From Spizellomyces punctatus DAOM BR117 (lineage: Eukaryota), in the NCBI GenBank assembly GCA_000182565.2, contig KQ257452.1: DNA of 64,000 nucleotides; one strand, 5' to 3'. The notes below the pieces were generated by a model. That model was not told the origin of the DNA and made no database searches. It saw only the letters and a list, made by a program, of their open reading frames with translations. This document shows positions 50,801 to 63,236 of this stretch, piece after piece (position 1 is the stretch's first letter; each line of letters begins with the position of its first letter). A program made the position numbers and the translations under genes.

Positions 50801-52648
50801 GTCAGTCTGAAGCTTCCAGAGCGGAAGAAGTACGTGCCCTTCATCATTCATTATCTGTTACTGGGGAATGACCGCCGGGCATCCCTTGATGAGAATATCG
50901 AGCTGGTTCTCGACATGCTCATTCATCACTCTTTCGCTGACTGCTGGCCAAAACCGGACGATACGATGTACCAAGGCAGTAAAATCAATAAACAACCATC
51001 GCGCACCTGGGCTCAAGGAAATTCGCTTTTAACTGTTCAAGTTTCGAATCAGCCCGGATGGGCGAATGTCATCATTCGGCGTCCCTCAGGTGTAATATCA
51101 TTTTCGGTACGATTAGACAATCGGCTCAAGTCTGTTACCACTCCGTTAGTGCCACTTTTGGCGCCAGTAGCCTTTGAAAAGATTTCTCGTGGGCTTCGCG
51201 CGTCCCAAAGCAAGCGGGCCGTTGCAAGTGACGATGGTGCCGGAGCCCAATCTCTACGGAGGAGCGATTCCGATGGTAGCTCGCACCAGCATGTTCGGAG
51301 ACATATGCGGTCAGTTTCTGTCGCTTCCTTGTCTTCAATTCCGAACACTAGCGAATTTCCAATGGCTATTGAAACACCTCGAATGCGCTCAGAAACCGGA
51401 CTGAGTGCGTCTCCAGCGGATAGCACCTCTAGTGAATTCTTCGTGGAAGAAGTTTCTGGTGGACTCCGTAGGGCAAGGTCAACATCGATGTCTTCTGTTG
51501 TCATACCTGACGGAATTGATATGAAGACATCAGTGCCAAGTCCACGATACGAACGTAACGAAGAAGGTCTCTTAAGTACATCGCCGTCAGCGCGCGACCT
51601 TAAATCGTCTGCATTGTCTGCCATTCGCAACCGAGAGGACCACCATTTGGTAGATCCCAGCTTCATCTTGGCACAGTTTGTAGCCTACCCGAACCTAGCG
51701 GCGCGAGAAAATCTGTATCTCCTACCAAATGATGAAAGCACAAGACGTGCCCTATCTGTGCTGGATCGAACGCCCGTCGTTGATTTACATAAGATTGGTG
51801 TCGTATATGTTGGGCCGGGGCAACAAACTGAGGCGGAGATACTGGCCAATGGCCACGGATCACGCGCATACGGCTTGTTCCTTCAGTCTCTTGGCCGATT
51901 AGTTCGGCTGAAGGGATGTCGAGACGTCTATACTGGAGGGTTAGATACTTCTGAGGATCTGGACGGTCGACACGCAATATATGCGCACGACGACCTTTCT
52001 CAAATTATCTTCCACTGCACGACGCTCATGCCAACATCGCCGTACGACCCATTATGTACGTCTAAGAAGCGACACATCGGCAACGATTTCGTGACAATCG
52101 TGTGGAACGAAAGCGGAAAAGAATACGCCTTCGACACGATTCCCGCGCAGTTTAATTTTGTAAATATCATTATTGAGCCTGCTGGCAGGCACAAAGAAGA
52201 CGGAATTACTACACCGAGCAACATGCATGGTGGGCAAGGGCACCATATTTCTGATCGATGTAAAACATATCAAAGGGAATTCTTTAAAGTAGTTGCCAAG
52301 CTACGACCAGATATGCCGGAGATTGGTCCCCTGTCGGAACCGAAACTCGTCACTGGGGCGTCTTTGGCACCGTTTGTCCGTCAGTCAGCTGTACACACCA
52401 ACATATTTTCACAGATCTTTCTGCAAAGCGGAAACGCAAATCACCACACATCAAATGCTCGAGAAAGACTTCGCCAAATCAAGAGGATCAAAGAACGGGC
52501 AGAGGGGAGTGCCTCGGCTGCGCCTGCTGCTGGCGGGGCTGACGGGGGAGAAAAAGGAGGAGGTTCCGGTGGGGATTTTAATGTTGGAGGAAGGAACGTG
52601 ACAACCGGAGGTTGGGAGAGCCTGCTAGATTTCACACGGTTTATATAG
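47822..52648 (+). CDS. TSC2: Tuberin (TSC2, Rheb GAP); apparently a single exon
   Basis: LRGAVF...WG, LTREKNWEIYSFVL, LEFLATLAGLP, IIRRPSG, RapGAP LDRTPVVDLHKIGVVYV...KKRHIGNDFVTIVWN. Confidence 0.96.
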   Translation: MSNPLERLKQKFKARVEKEEVSATASIDLQPADSSILPDLSIIVEKLDPSKPIDQSQRAQSITELADAVQKFNLSSEIEDLWQLVVPFTKISNSEAVRHGALGFARACVLSNTSYSDLFRASLFKTVVSEEWGSEHLGVRIQTLRDLAKDGRDLRELELDVGQKLCEWTTQFADFNLEAKVGASVPTTVASAPASDHMTPDIASTRQLLALITNVMKFSFLSLRESHVAHLVVTACSMASRTTAIELVHDVLLLLDGVVRYGSVPMAALRPVIEMLSYTVNLAAYTQESWQVMRNLLKSHRARHAMDHLCRIIDGISSSEQALQLRGAVFMVAMASWGAQRVKNLSYPYMYLLPYLRRATRLGDKDVNTEVLLSIQRLISENGEELSRVEWELLLDILREMSKHFVVDAPGRPCQISGTNAKSWSEFAAPSPLFFDLFNEVLISLKDVCLEQAGPMSLAFLELLLSFGPYLTETTVLSLLEHAFGVSSYAAFSERVAIISRIQSVFFFREHRQSIRMRMLQLLIDAFVMSSQEEQEEIFEVLLQPIMRHLPREEAQSPVYYEMISCLARVAPGSAEKHVVSVVEALVQCALNTESDAIASVLMLAELLSAMATQSTVAVNPGTGTLTADMSLRALHATLEIFERCAMEHGGKGCLLIFKYLVRIPTFHAAPHFVRLACLQYLLKMRADALYRILLRPTSRTVQKGEQEMRATKGSSDDSSGETFSNTDDLEICSSLFCSGKPNNEITDMHEKSADPQSAERSESDICILPIAQHTAALLLILTREKNWEIYSFVLQNLATQLLNLHFFQNAGPQLSVLRAFLCELIINERAAATVLDLPPSVRKSDVYLSALKMLNILLAYRHFFTKQDEDEILAAFQTGLYRWPNAAKTCIHAFTLTLLELPHSMMKLLPGTLLKVSQMMSSAMAVHNLEFLATLAGLPKLRVNFTDVDMKRVFVIALQYINTTNSASPAATTSALSSYVVQLAYQVLLAWFVSLKLPERKKYVPFIIHYLLLGNDRRASLDENIELVLDMLIHHSFADCWPKPDDTMYQGSKINKQPSRTWAQGNSLLTVQVSNQPGWANVIIRRPSGVISFSVRLDNRLKSVTTPLVPLLAPVAFEKISRGLRASQSKRAVASDDGAGAQSLRRSDSDGSSHQHVRRHMRSVSVASLSSIPNTSEFPMAIETPRMRSETGLSASPADSTSSEFFVEEVSGGLRRARSTSMSSVVIPDGIDMKTSVPSPRYERNEEGLLSTSPSARDLKSSALSAIRNREDHHLVDPSFILAQFVAYPNLAARENLYLLPNDESTRRALSVLDRTPVVDLHKIGVVYVGPGQQTEAEILANGHGSRAYGLFLQSLGRLVRLKGCRDVYTGGLDTSEDLDGRHAIYAHDDLSQIIFHCTTLMPTSPYDPLCTSKKRHIGNDFVTIVWNESGKEYAFDTIPAQFNFVNIIIEPAGRHKEDGITTPSNMHGGQGHHISDRCKTYQREFFKVVAKLRPDMPEIGPLSEPKLVTGASLAPFVRQSAVHTNIFSQIFLQSGNANHHTSNARERLRQIKRIKERAEGSASAAPAAGGADGGEKGGGSGGDFNVGGRNVTTGGWESLLDFTRFI

Positions 52649-52913
52649 CAGTTTCTGTGACTAAAGTTAGCTAGGTAGTCTTAAATGGTTGTATAGGTGT
52701 AAATTTGTGGCTGCATTCTTGGTTAATATGATGGCATCCTCTCATGCTGACTGAGACACCAGTAGGAGAGCAAAGTGCGCCTCGATGTGCATGAGCGCAT
52801 CGGGCTTTGCTAGTGCTTAAAAGCACTCTTGAGATAATTTAATAATGATAATCCACGATAGGCTGTATGTACAAATCGTATTTATTCGGGAGATTAACCA
52901 TCAGTAACTGATT

Positions 52914-54065
52914 TCATAGTTCCAGTCCAAGATACTCTGCTACGAATACGCGAAAAATCAGCGCAAAGTCGTGTACTGTTTGTGGCTCTATTGCAGCAGC
53001 GTTGTCCGTAGCCCTATGCCACACCGCCGGAAATATTTGCGGGATGACATGAACGATGGGTACACCCCTTTGCATAAACGGTTTATGGTCATCTTCGATC
53101 TGGTAAGCGGAGTACCCTGATTCGCCCTTCATAAAGTATCCGCCTTCACCAGTTTCATCGATGCGGGCTGTTACCTGTTTCGACAGAAGATTGGAGGTTG
53201 ATAGTCGGTGTTGAATGACGACAAGGCGGCTCCAGTGAGAGGCTGTGTCCTTGTGAGAGTTCCATATCCGAACGTCGGGGGTACCCAGCAAGTCAAGTAG
53301 AATAAAAACGTCAATCTGCTCGAGAATTGTTCTAGCATTGTTTTGGGGATCCGCCCGTGGTTCCATGCCCGATGATTGAGGATTGTTCGTCCCCATTACA
53401 TACGTGCTTTCCCATTTTGCGGCCAAATGTCGCGAGCCATACAAAGAGTCTGTCTCCGACCAGGATACAAAGGCTTCCTCTCCATCAAAGAAGATGAGTT
53501 GTAAAGTAGTTGAAGAAAACAGTTCCCTCTCTAGATAAGGGTTTAGAGTCTTTGCAACATCCACGAGGACGGCACAGGGAACCGCAGAGTCCGTTGCTCC
53601 AATAAAATCAAAGTCTGCAAAGTATTTAGAGTCGAAATGTGCAGCCAAGACGAGCTTGCGTGGGGCATTCGGATTCTTTGTCACAATGATGTTGTTGAAA
53701 GGTTTGACACCGAACGGGGTGGTATCGGTAAACTTGTCCTGTTCCACATGCCACTTTAATGCCTCAAAGGTCGAGATCAAATGGTTTTGAACCTTGACGT
53801 TCCCTTCTGTCCCCGAGACGCGAGGTATAAGGAAAGGGGCAAGGGTCGAGCCTGTTGTTGTGAGATTCTCTGGTGCAGAAAGAGAGGCAAGGGTTGCAAC
53901 GTCGGTTGGAGAGCAACACAGTGGGTGAAGTTGACGAGCAGATGCGCAGGAAACGTCGAGCACCGATAAGAAGGATAAGGTCAGAAGGACAGTAAGGAGG
54001 CAGTTTGAGCGGGTTACAAGGAGGTGGGAATGGACAGAGGGTGATGACAATAGTAGCCCTCTCAT
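52914..54065 (-). CDS. QPCT: Glutaminyl-peptide cyclotransferase (M28); single exon
   Basis: LAAHFDSK, GATDSAVPCA, FFDGEEAF, LYGSRHLA, LLDLLG, IEDDHKPF, FPAVWH. Confidence 0.95.
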   Translation of the reverse strand: MRGLLLSSPSVHSHLLVTRSNCLLTVLLTLSFLSVLDVSCASARQLHPLCCSPTDVATLASLSAPENLTTTGSTLAPFLIPRVSGTEGNVKVQNHLISTFEALKWHVEQDKFTDTTPFGVKPFNNIIVTKNPNAPRKLVLAAHFDSKYFADFDFIGATDSAVPCAVLVDVAKTLNPYLERELFSSTTLQLIFFDGEEAFVSWSETDSLYGSRHLAAKWESTYVMGTNNPQSSGMEPRADPQNNARTILEQIDVFILLDLLGTPDVRIWNSHKDTASHWSRLVVIQHRLSTSNLLSKQVTARIDETGEGGYFMKGESGYSAYQIEDDHKPFMQRGVPIVHVIPQIFPAVWHRATDNAAAIEPQTVHDFALIFRVFVAEYLGLEL

Positions 54066-54218
54066 CGCAGGCAGATCTCGTTGGCGAGTAGAAACGGCAT
54101 GTAGCTCCGTTTCGAGCCAAGCACTGGGTTTCAAGTGAAGCGCGTCTTTTCCAAAGTTGAAATTGTGGCGACGGGTTGGAAAAGAAACGCTCATCCATTT
54201 TACATTTGCTCTCTTATA

Positions 54219-55112
54219 ATGTCATACCGCAACAGACCACGGGAAGACTATCCAGCTTCGTCAATGTACCCTGAGGAGGAACCTGTCAACCGGTGGGCAG
54301 CTGCCGCGCAAGCTGCTGAAAGTGCTTATAATGGTGGCACCTCAACTGGCTACCGCTCTTGGGAGACTGTTGAAGAGGAGCCAGAGGACTACGACAACAG
54401 CGACTGGCTTGAGCGCAAGACAAAGAAAGTGCAGAATGATTCTCTGTTGAGCACTCGACGAGCTTTAGAGCGTCTGAATGAGACCGATTCCTTGGCTCAA
54501 CAGAACATGGAGAAACTTGCTCAACAGTCTGGTGTGTAGCTATTTGCAGAGGAGCCTCGTCATTCATACTCTTTTCTAAGTGATGTTGTGTCGCATGATT
54601 TTATAGAGCAACTGTCCAAAATGGACGGCCGCCTCGAAAGCGCTCATAGCCATGTTAAGGTATCCGACGCCAAAGCTGACCACCTCAAGTCGCTGAATCG
54701 CTTCTTCATGCTTCCATCCTTTGGGTCCAAGAAGGCAAAGAAGAAGGAAGCAGCGGCCAAGCGTGAGGCCGAGGAACGTGCAGCTCGAGAGGACGAGCGG
54801 CGACTGGAAGAAAAGGAGCGAGCAACTCGAGTGGAAAGAATGCAACAAGTTCAAGGGGCACAATACACTTCTGTAGGACGAATGTATACTACTCCGGATG
54901 GCATTGAAAGAGATGATACAGAAGAGGAGATTGACAGGAATTTGGATCAAATATCGTCAGGACTTTCGAAATTGAAGATGATGGGACAGATCATGAACTC
55001 AGAGTTGGATGCACAAAACGTTCAAGTGAATCGTCTTGCAGATCGGTCTGAGTCGACCAATGAGCGCTTGAAAGTTACAACACACAAAGTGCAAAGAATT
55101 ATTGGCAAATAG
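54219..55112 (+). CDS. Qbc t-SNARE of the SNAP-25/SNAP-29/Sec9 family; 2 exons
   Basis: Two SNARE motifs: SLLSTRRAL...LAQQS/EQL...LKSLNR and EEEIDRNLDQISSGLSKLKMMG...ELDAQN. Confidence 0.88.
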
Positions 55113-55256
55113 TTTCCCATATATATTGTATTGTAGTTCTGCAGCTGTTTTTATAAATAGAGTTCGTTTTTTTTATTGCCCAGCAGATCACGGCGAGACG
55201 TGACGCGGCCTACAAAAAGAATTCAATGTGAAGATCAAAGTGCAACTTTTGAACGC

Positions 55257-56168
55257 ATGGGCCTCCAAACTCCTTCGCAGATCGTCCGTCGGTACTTACC
55301 ACAACTTGCTCGCCGTGTCCATCCTGACCTCTTTGCGCAGAACCCCACAGCCCAGTCCACCAACCTCACCAGCTTGCAAAACTTAAATGCCCTTGTTTCG
55401 CAAGTCTTTCCTGCCAATTCGACAAACAACCAAACACCAACAAAACACTATCCCGACCAAGATCAGGGAAATGACCTTCAGCTTGTGTTCTACTGTCGTA
55501 CTCTAGGATCCCCTGCCTCAGAGTCACCTCCACTGTTGATAAAACATACGTTGACCGGACGAAAAATAGATTCCACCACCACATGTATTTCACCCGTCCT
55601 CCTTAGGACACTCTCCCCGACCGCCAAGTCCAACATTTCAGCACCTCTCCTAGCTGCATCGTTTCTGGCATTATGTCAGAAGGCTGGAATTCAGGTCTCG
55701 TCGGAAGATTTAGACCTTTTGCGAGGTTGCGTGGAGACAGCATTAGGGGGGAAAATGAGAGGGAGCATAAAGCGTGCAACCAAGAATGCTGAAGATACGA
55801 ATCGCACAGAACTGAGACAAGAGTTTTCACAAGCGGTTAGAGAGGGCATTGGAGGTGTGGACACCACTCGTGACAAAATGAAGCATCGGTCGGCTCCGTC
55901 CAAATCCCCACCTATGCCACGCTTTATCTTCTATCACTCTTCCCTGTCTTCCGACGAACGTGCAACCGCCGGTTCCGCCCTCATGTCACTACCGTCAGCC
56001 ACGCTGGCTGGCATTCGAGACATACCGGTTCTAATTGCAAGACGATATGCGGTTCATAAGGACGGGGTGTTGATTATACCTTGGGACTTCAGCGTCGAGA
56101 CTTTGGACGCATTCTTGGAAGTCGAAGGCGCTGAAGTGAGGAGAAAGTTCTCAAGGAGGGCAGCATGA
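55257..56168 (+). CDS. TCAIM/DUF4460-like protein with an HPD motif; single exon
   Basis: RRVHPDLFAQNPTAQSTNLTSLQNLN and C-terminal GVLIIPWDF. Confidence 0.75.
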   Translation: MGLQTPSQIVRRYLPQLARRVHPDLFAQNPTAQSTNLTSLQNLNALVSQVFPANSTNNQTPTKHYPDQDQGNDLQLVFYCRTLGSPASESPPLLIKHTLTGRKIDSTTTCISPVLLRTLSPTAKSNISAPLLAASFLALCQKAGIQVSSEDLDLLRGCVETALGGKMRGSIKRATKNAEDTNRTELRQEFSQAVREGIGGVDTTRDKMKHRSAPSKSPPMPRFIFYHSSLSSDERATAGSALMSLPSATLAGIRDIPVLIARRYAVHKDGVLIIPWDFSVETLDAFLEVEGAEVRRKFSRRAA

Positions 56169-56353
56169 AGAAAGAAGGATGGATCTGTGTTGGACCATGG
56201 AAAGCTTGTAAAAAGTCCTTAGAGCAAAAGTCATATGTATAGAGTTCGTAGTCGGGATCCATGCATTTTGTATATATTAAATTATCTAATTCCAATGGCA
56301 GCATGCGACAGGTCTTTTTCTTGCTGCAGAGTATCCGTAGCAATTCCACCGCG

Positions 56354-57457
56354 TCAGCCCTCAGATTCAATCCTCTCCAATGTGAGGCTCCAGAGCTCTA
56401 ATTCTTTTGTCCTCTCATATTGCAATATGTGAGGAATCCTATCAATGTCCATCATTTTCGCAACAATTCTCTCCGGGACATTTGCTTCTCCGCGATCAGC
56501 GTTGGAAGCTTTCAACGTCTCCAGGAAGTAATCGCGCGCGGGAGCCGTGACCTCCTGTTCATCGAGCGAAAACTGGACACGCTTTTCAAGGGCGAGATAG
56601 AGAATGCGAGGTTGATTGTTGGTTGTCGGAGAGAGAAGTGTCCACAATCGTTGAACAAGAGCAAACGTGACTGTGTCTTCGTAAATTATGTCGGCAGCCA
56701 ATAGAATTGTGCAATTTGCCATAAAGTCTTGAACATCAGCACTCGTCCAACAATATGGTCCAGAGTCTACGGCATTCAAAATTGGCGCTCGGTCAATATC
56801 GTTCGAGGTATCAAACTCCTTGAACAAAGGACATTGATTATCCAATAAATCCAATTGCTTCACTTTCACCCTATCCTTGACATCATTCAGCTCCAGGTTC
56901 CTACAGCAAAGGTCCAAAACACCCAAGCTGTCCAAATCCGTGGCATAGACTCTTCCACACGCTCTCCCGGCTACGGCGGCAACCAACCCAGTCCCACATC
57001 CAAGTTCCAAAACAATAGTTTCCGGAGTAAAAATATTGTCGGACTGAGACAAGATATAGTCACACAATAGGAGAGCGCCAGACCATACTTGAAGGCCAAC
57101 GCGCGAGAGTGGGGTCGCCATCTCGTGCTCTATAATGAGAGGCGATGTGCCAGACATGCGAGATTCCGGCTTCAGCCTAAATACGGTCCGTCGCCGGTTT
57201 TGGCCGTCGTTTTGCGCGGGACCATTCAAGGGGTTGATGTGAACTTCAGAGAGGACAAGGTCAACGAGTTCGTCGTCTGCCGGAGGATCAACGGTATTTA
57301 CTCCATCGCATGGAATACCCGTGCCCCCCTGTTTTTCGTCCTGCAAACTCGATAAACGCCGCTGTCGCTTGCCCTGCAGCTTATCCTCTCGGTCAGTACC
57401 AGGATCTGACACGTTTTCAAAAACATGATTCTGTTCATGTGCATGCGATCGTTTCAT
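56354..57457 (-). CDS. METTL22: Family-16 protein lysine methyltransferase, METTL22-like; single exon
   Basis: IEHEMATPLSRVGLQVWSGALLLCDYI, VLELGCGTGL, LAADIIYED, LALEKRVQF. Confidence 0.85.
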   Translation of the reverse strand: MKRSHAHEQNHVFENVSDPGTDREDKLQGKRQRRLSSLQDEKQGGTGIPCDGVNTVDPPADDELVDLVLSEVHINPLNGPAQNDGQNRRRTVFRLKPESRMSGTSPLIIEHEMATPLSRVGLQVWSGALLLCDYILSQSDNIFTPETIVLELGCGTGLVAAVAGRACGRVYATDLDSLGVLDLCCRNLELNDVKDRVKVKQLDLLDNQCPLFKEFDTSNDIDRAPILNAVDSGPYCWTSADVQDFMANCTILLAADIIYEDTVTFALVQRLWTLLSPTTNNQPRILYLALEKRVQFSLDEQEVTAPARDYFLETLKASNADRGEANVPERIVAKMMDIDRIPHILQYERTKELELWSLTLERIESEG

Positions 57458-57679
57458 GGCGGTTTCTTCAGAAAGGCTTGTGCGGGTCCATTACGTGAGG
57501 ATGTCTATAAAAGGCAAATTACGACACGCCCAGATTGAATCAAATGACACTTCACACGCAACATGAGTCCATTGCCTTTTATGGTTATATTAGTTACACA
57601 TGTGGATGCGCACTCTCGCCCCCGTCTTCTTTGCCTCGAGTTGAGCAAAACCCCCCCCTCCTTCCCGTCGCAGGCCCTC

Positions 57680-57709
57680 GTCGTCGTTGTCGTTGTTGTC
57701 GTCGTCGTG
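57680..57709 (+). repeat. (GTC/GTT)n microsatellite upstream of the PSP1-like gene
   Basis: gtcgtcgttgtcgttgttgtcgtcgtcgtg. Confidence 0.8.
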
Positions 57710-57916
57710 AGTGTTGGTTGCTGTCGACCTTGCACGCAGACAGACAGTGCGCCTTTGGTACTCTACGTAGGAGCAACAAGGAACAAATTGTACGCTGGAT
57801 CCCTTTCCCGCGGGGCCTCGGTTCTCTGTCTCAAATTCTTGAACAATAGCAAAAAGCCCAACCGAACCACATCTCGCACACCTCTTCCGCTTTTGCACGA
57901 CTGGTAACCATTCACA

Positions 57917-60217
57917 ATGGCCAGCGGCGGTCCTCCGCATGATATTATGCACAGAAGAAATGTCTCTACCGGGTCTAGTGTGTTGAAGCCGACCATTGCA
58001 CAGGTCGCGGCAGCTGCTGCAGCGCGATCTGCTGGGAAAAAGCCCGAGTCGCCACAACAGCAAACACAGAGGTCTGGTCAAACGGCATGGGGACGTTCAG
58101 TGGAAGGTATATTCTGTTGGTTTGAGGCATGTGGTAATCATTCCTGTGCAATGTCTCATGGCCATGCTCTCTCACTTTTCCGATAGACACAGCGCCTCCT
58201 TCCTCTTCAGAAATTTTACGTGCCCGAAAGCACTCTCTTCCGGCTACTTCAGCGGCCCTGGCTATCGCAGCTGCCAATATGTCTCCGGAAGACACGTGGA
58301 AGATTGTCGGCAGTCCTCCCCGCCGCTTTTCACTCTCTGTGCCTCCTACGCCCGACAGATTCCCTCCCGAGCACAATGGCGTTTCTGTTCAGCATTTGGA
58401 GCGGGAAGAGACGGACGAATTGATTTTATCACGCCAGCGGGCCATTCGCACGAGAGCTGCCAGTACACCAAATCCCCTCATGGCGGCAGAACCGAGTACT
58501 CCTGATTATCCTCCTGGATTGGGTCCAAAGGACAATGACACAAGTGCAAATACTCCCAACTCTGCTGCCTGGAGCGGACCGAGCGTATCCTGGGCCGGCT
58601 CGTCATCGTCAATCTGGCAGGATGGCGCCGCAACGACTGGTCAACCTTCAGTATCAGTTCCAGCTGAAAAGGCATCTGGCTACTTACCACCGGACATTGC
58701 AGTGACAACTGCCCCGTTCCCTTCGCGTCAATTCCGTAGCTTCTCGTTCTCACTTGGTTCTATGCGTGGACTTGATGGATACGAGGAAGAGGAAAAGTTT
58801 GACAGAGACCGAGTAACAACAATGCCACTCCGTGGAGGCGATGACAATGAGGATGATGACTACGATGCCAATTTAACACTTCCGAAAGTGCGATCGCGAT
58901 CAAAGTCGTCGTCCGAAATCTACGGTCTCTTGGCCGGCCAGGAACCCAACTACAGTTACCCTGTGGACAATGCAACGAGTCCGGTATCTCCCACAGTAGA
59001 CTATGGTGACCTAAATTCAATTTGGGCCGCTACACAGGGCACCTCTGCTCGCGATGCTGGCTTGCTCAAACGCCGGGGATCAACGCAGTCGGGCATTCAC
59101 TGGGAATCACTTCGTCCCGGGCAGGCAGATCCTGACGAAATTCCTTCAGCACCATCTCCCGATCGTTTGGAACGATACCGGCAACAGCGACGGTTTTCTC
59201 ATGCGCCAGGCTTATATAATGACTACGCCCAACAAATGATGACCAGGTTTGTCATCGTGCATTTGTATGCCGTCGTGGCTCTGTCTAAATGCATTTGCTT
59301 GCCAGACCGACTGGGGGAGAACCTGATGTCTCGGCTTATGATTTGGCCCGTCGACGACATTCTTTGGCTGGTCCACTGTACAGCACATCGGCTTCAAAGT
59401 TTTTATCAGAAGGTCTCGAAGGACTTAGCCTAGATGATCACTCTGATACTCCATTCTTGGATGAGATTGATGATTACTTTGAGAACACTAAGCGGAGAAC
59501 AAGGGCATGGGTGGAAGCGGGCAAGAACTTGCAGATGCAGTCGTACACTCATCAATGGCCTCTGTTCGTGGTCGAATTCAAAGCCGGTCGGACCGATTTC
59601 TTCTTCGTTGCTGAACCTTCAGCGCTTCCGGTCAAGAAGGGAGATTTGGTCATTGTGGAAGCGGACCGCGGGAAAGATCTTGGGAAAGTTATTGAAGACA
59701 GTATCCAAAACATTCAGCAGCTGCAAATCTACCAAGCCCAGCACGCAGAATCAATCATTGACGCTCACAGCATGAACAAAGAAGTCCATCCGAAACGAAT
59801 CTTTCGAACGGCACAACCCGCCGAGGTTACTATGCTCGTCTCTAAGAGCCAAGACGAAGCCAAAGCTATGGCGGTTTGCCAGACAAAAATACGCCAGAAG
59901 AAACTTCCAATGGAGATTGTCGACGCAGAATACCAATGGTGAGGGTCAGAGAAGGATATGATGATGTCTTAAGCATGTAATTACTCAATCATCGAATATC
60001 TGCTTTCAGGGACCGGCGGAAGCTCACCTTTTATTTTGTCGCCGATCGTCGTATCGATTTCCGGGAACTTGTCAGAGAGCTTTTCAAAATATACAAGACT
60101 CGTATTTGGATGTGAGTTTGCCTGATAATATGGGTCCCAGTCCGACCGTACTTTTAACCAGCAATAAACCATAGGTGTGCCGTCAACCCCATGAAGCCCA
60201 TCCTTAAAAAACAGTGA
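57917..60217 (+). CDS. PSP1 C-terminal domain protein; multi-exon
   Basis: [46 protein letters not shown]...[20 protein letters not shown]. Confidence 0.92.
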
Positions 60218-60696
60218 AGCGGTTTTAGAGGTCCCAGAATGTGGGTTGCGGCGATATCACCGGTTACACACTGGCTTCGTCGATCTGTACCATAATTGTG
60301 TGAACGATTGTCTTGACTTCCCCGTCTGCAATGCTCAGACGTAGAATTGCATATAGGCTGATGGATTAGTTTGCTAGAAAGAAGAGTGGACGTGCGCGTC
60401 CAATGAAACAAAGGTAGAGGAGCGCGAGGAGCAATGCATGCTTTTTGTGATAGGAATTGTACAGTTGGAGCTAGAAGTATAGGGCATTATCTCGTTGTTT
60501 CTCCCTTTGTTGTGTATAGTTGCTAGAGCATTTGTCTTTTCGTTCCTTGATTTGCTGTGTGTGCTGGGTTTCTTGTTTGCATTGTTAGGATGGTTCTTGT
60601 TCTTTTCTTTCCATTTGTCGCGTAAAATACAGTAGAAATGCTCAGTAGACTTCCATTATTTCCGGCCAAAAAAAAAGAGACATTGAGAATGGTGAA

Positions 60697-62690
<1,994 letters not shown>

Positions 62691-62931
62691 CGCCTCGGTG
62701 GAAGGCAGGTCAAAATCCAACTCGAACGCGCTTCTGTTGACGTGACTCACCATGACGCATTACCAGATATCACGGGATACTCACGTGAGCACCTTCTTGG
62801 GCTTTCAAACTGACAGCCGAGCTGCTCGGATTTCTTCCCTCTTCAGATCGCGGCTACGGCACATCGAAATGGTAAGTAGGACGATTATTGATAGTTGGCC
62901 GAGAGGAGTCTTGAAGCAGAACCGCACGGAA

Positions 62932-62999
62932 GGGATGGATGGAGGGGCAGATGGATGGATGGACGAATGGAGCGATGGATGGATGGATATGCAATGGAT
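62932..62999 (+). repeat. Degenerate (GGAT)n microsatellite within a fold-back region
   Basis: Multiple ggat units. Confidence 0.8.
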
Positions 63000-63236
63000 A
63001 GTCTGTTGCTTGTCGACCATGGCGATTCGTCCAGAGACATCTCTGAAGGTGCCCCTCCACCTTGTTCAGGTTCCCGCGTATGAGACTCTGGCCTCTCGTT
63101 GATGTCGATGCATACGCGGCAACCGTAGGGACTACGTATCCCTAGTGCGCCCGCAAAGTGCAGATACATAACGAACTAGAGATCTCATGCTTCTGTTCTC
63201 TTTGAATACGCATTATTTACAAGAAAGTGTCAAAGT

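Noticed and set aside
62839-62851. CTCTTCAGATCGC similarity to U5 snRNA
   Set aside because: The invariant loop-1 GCCTTTTAC and an Sm site are absent.
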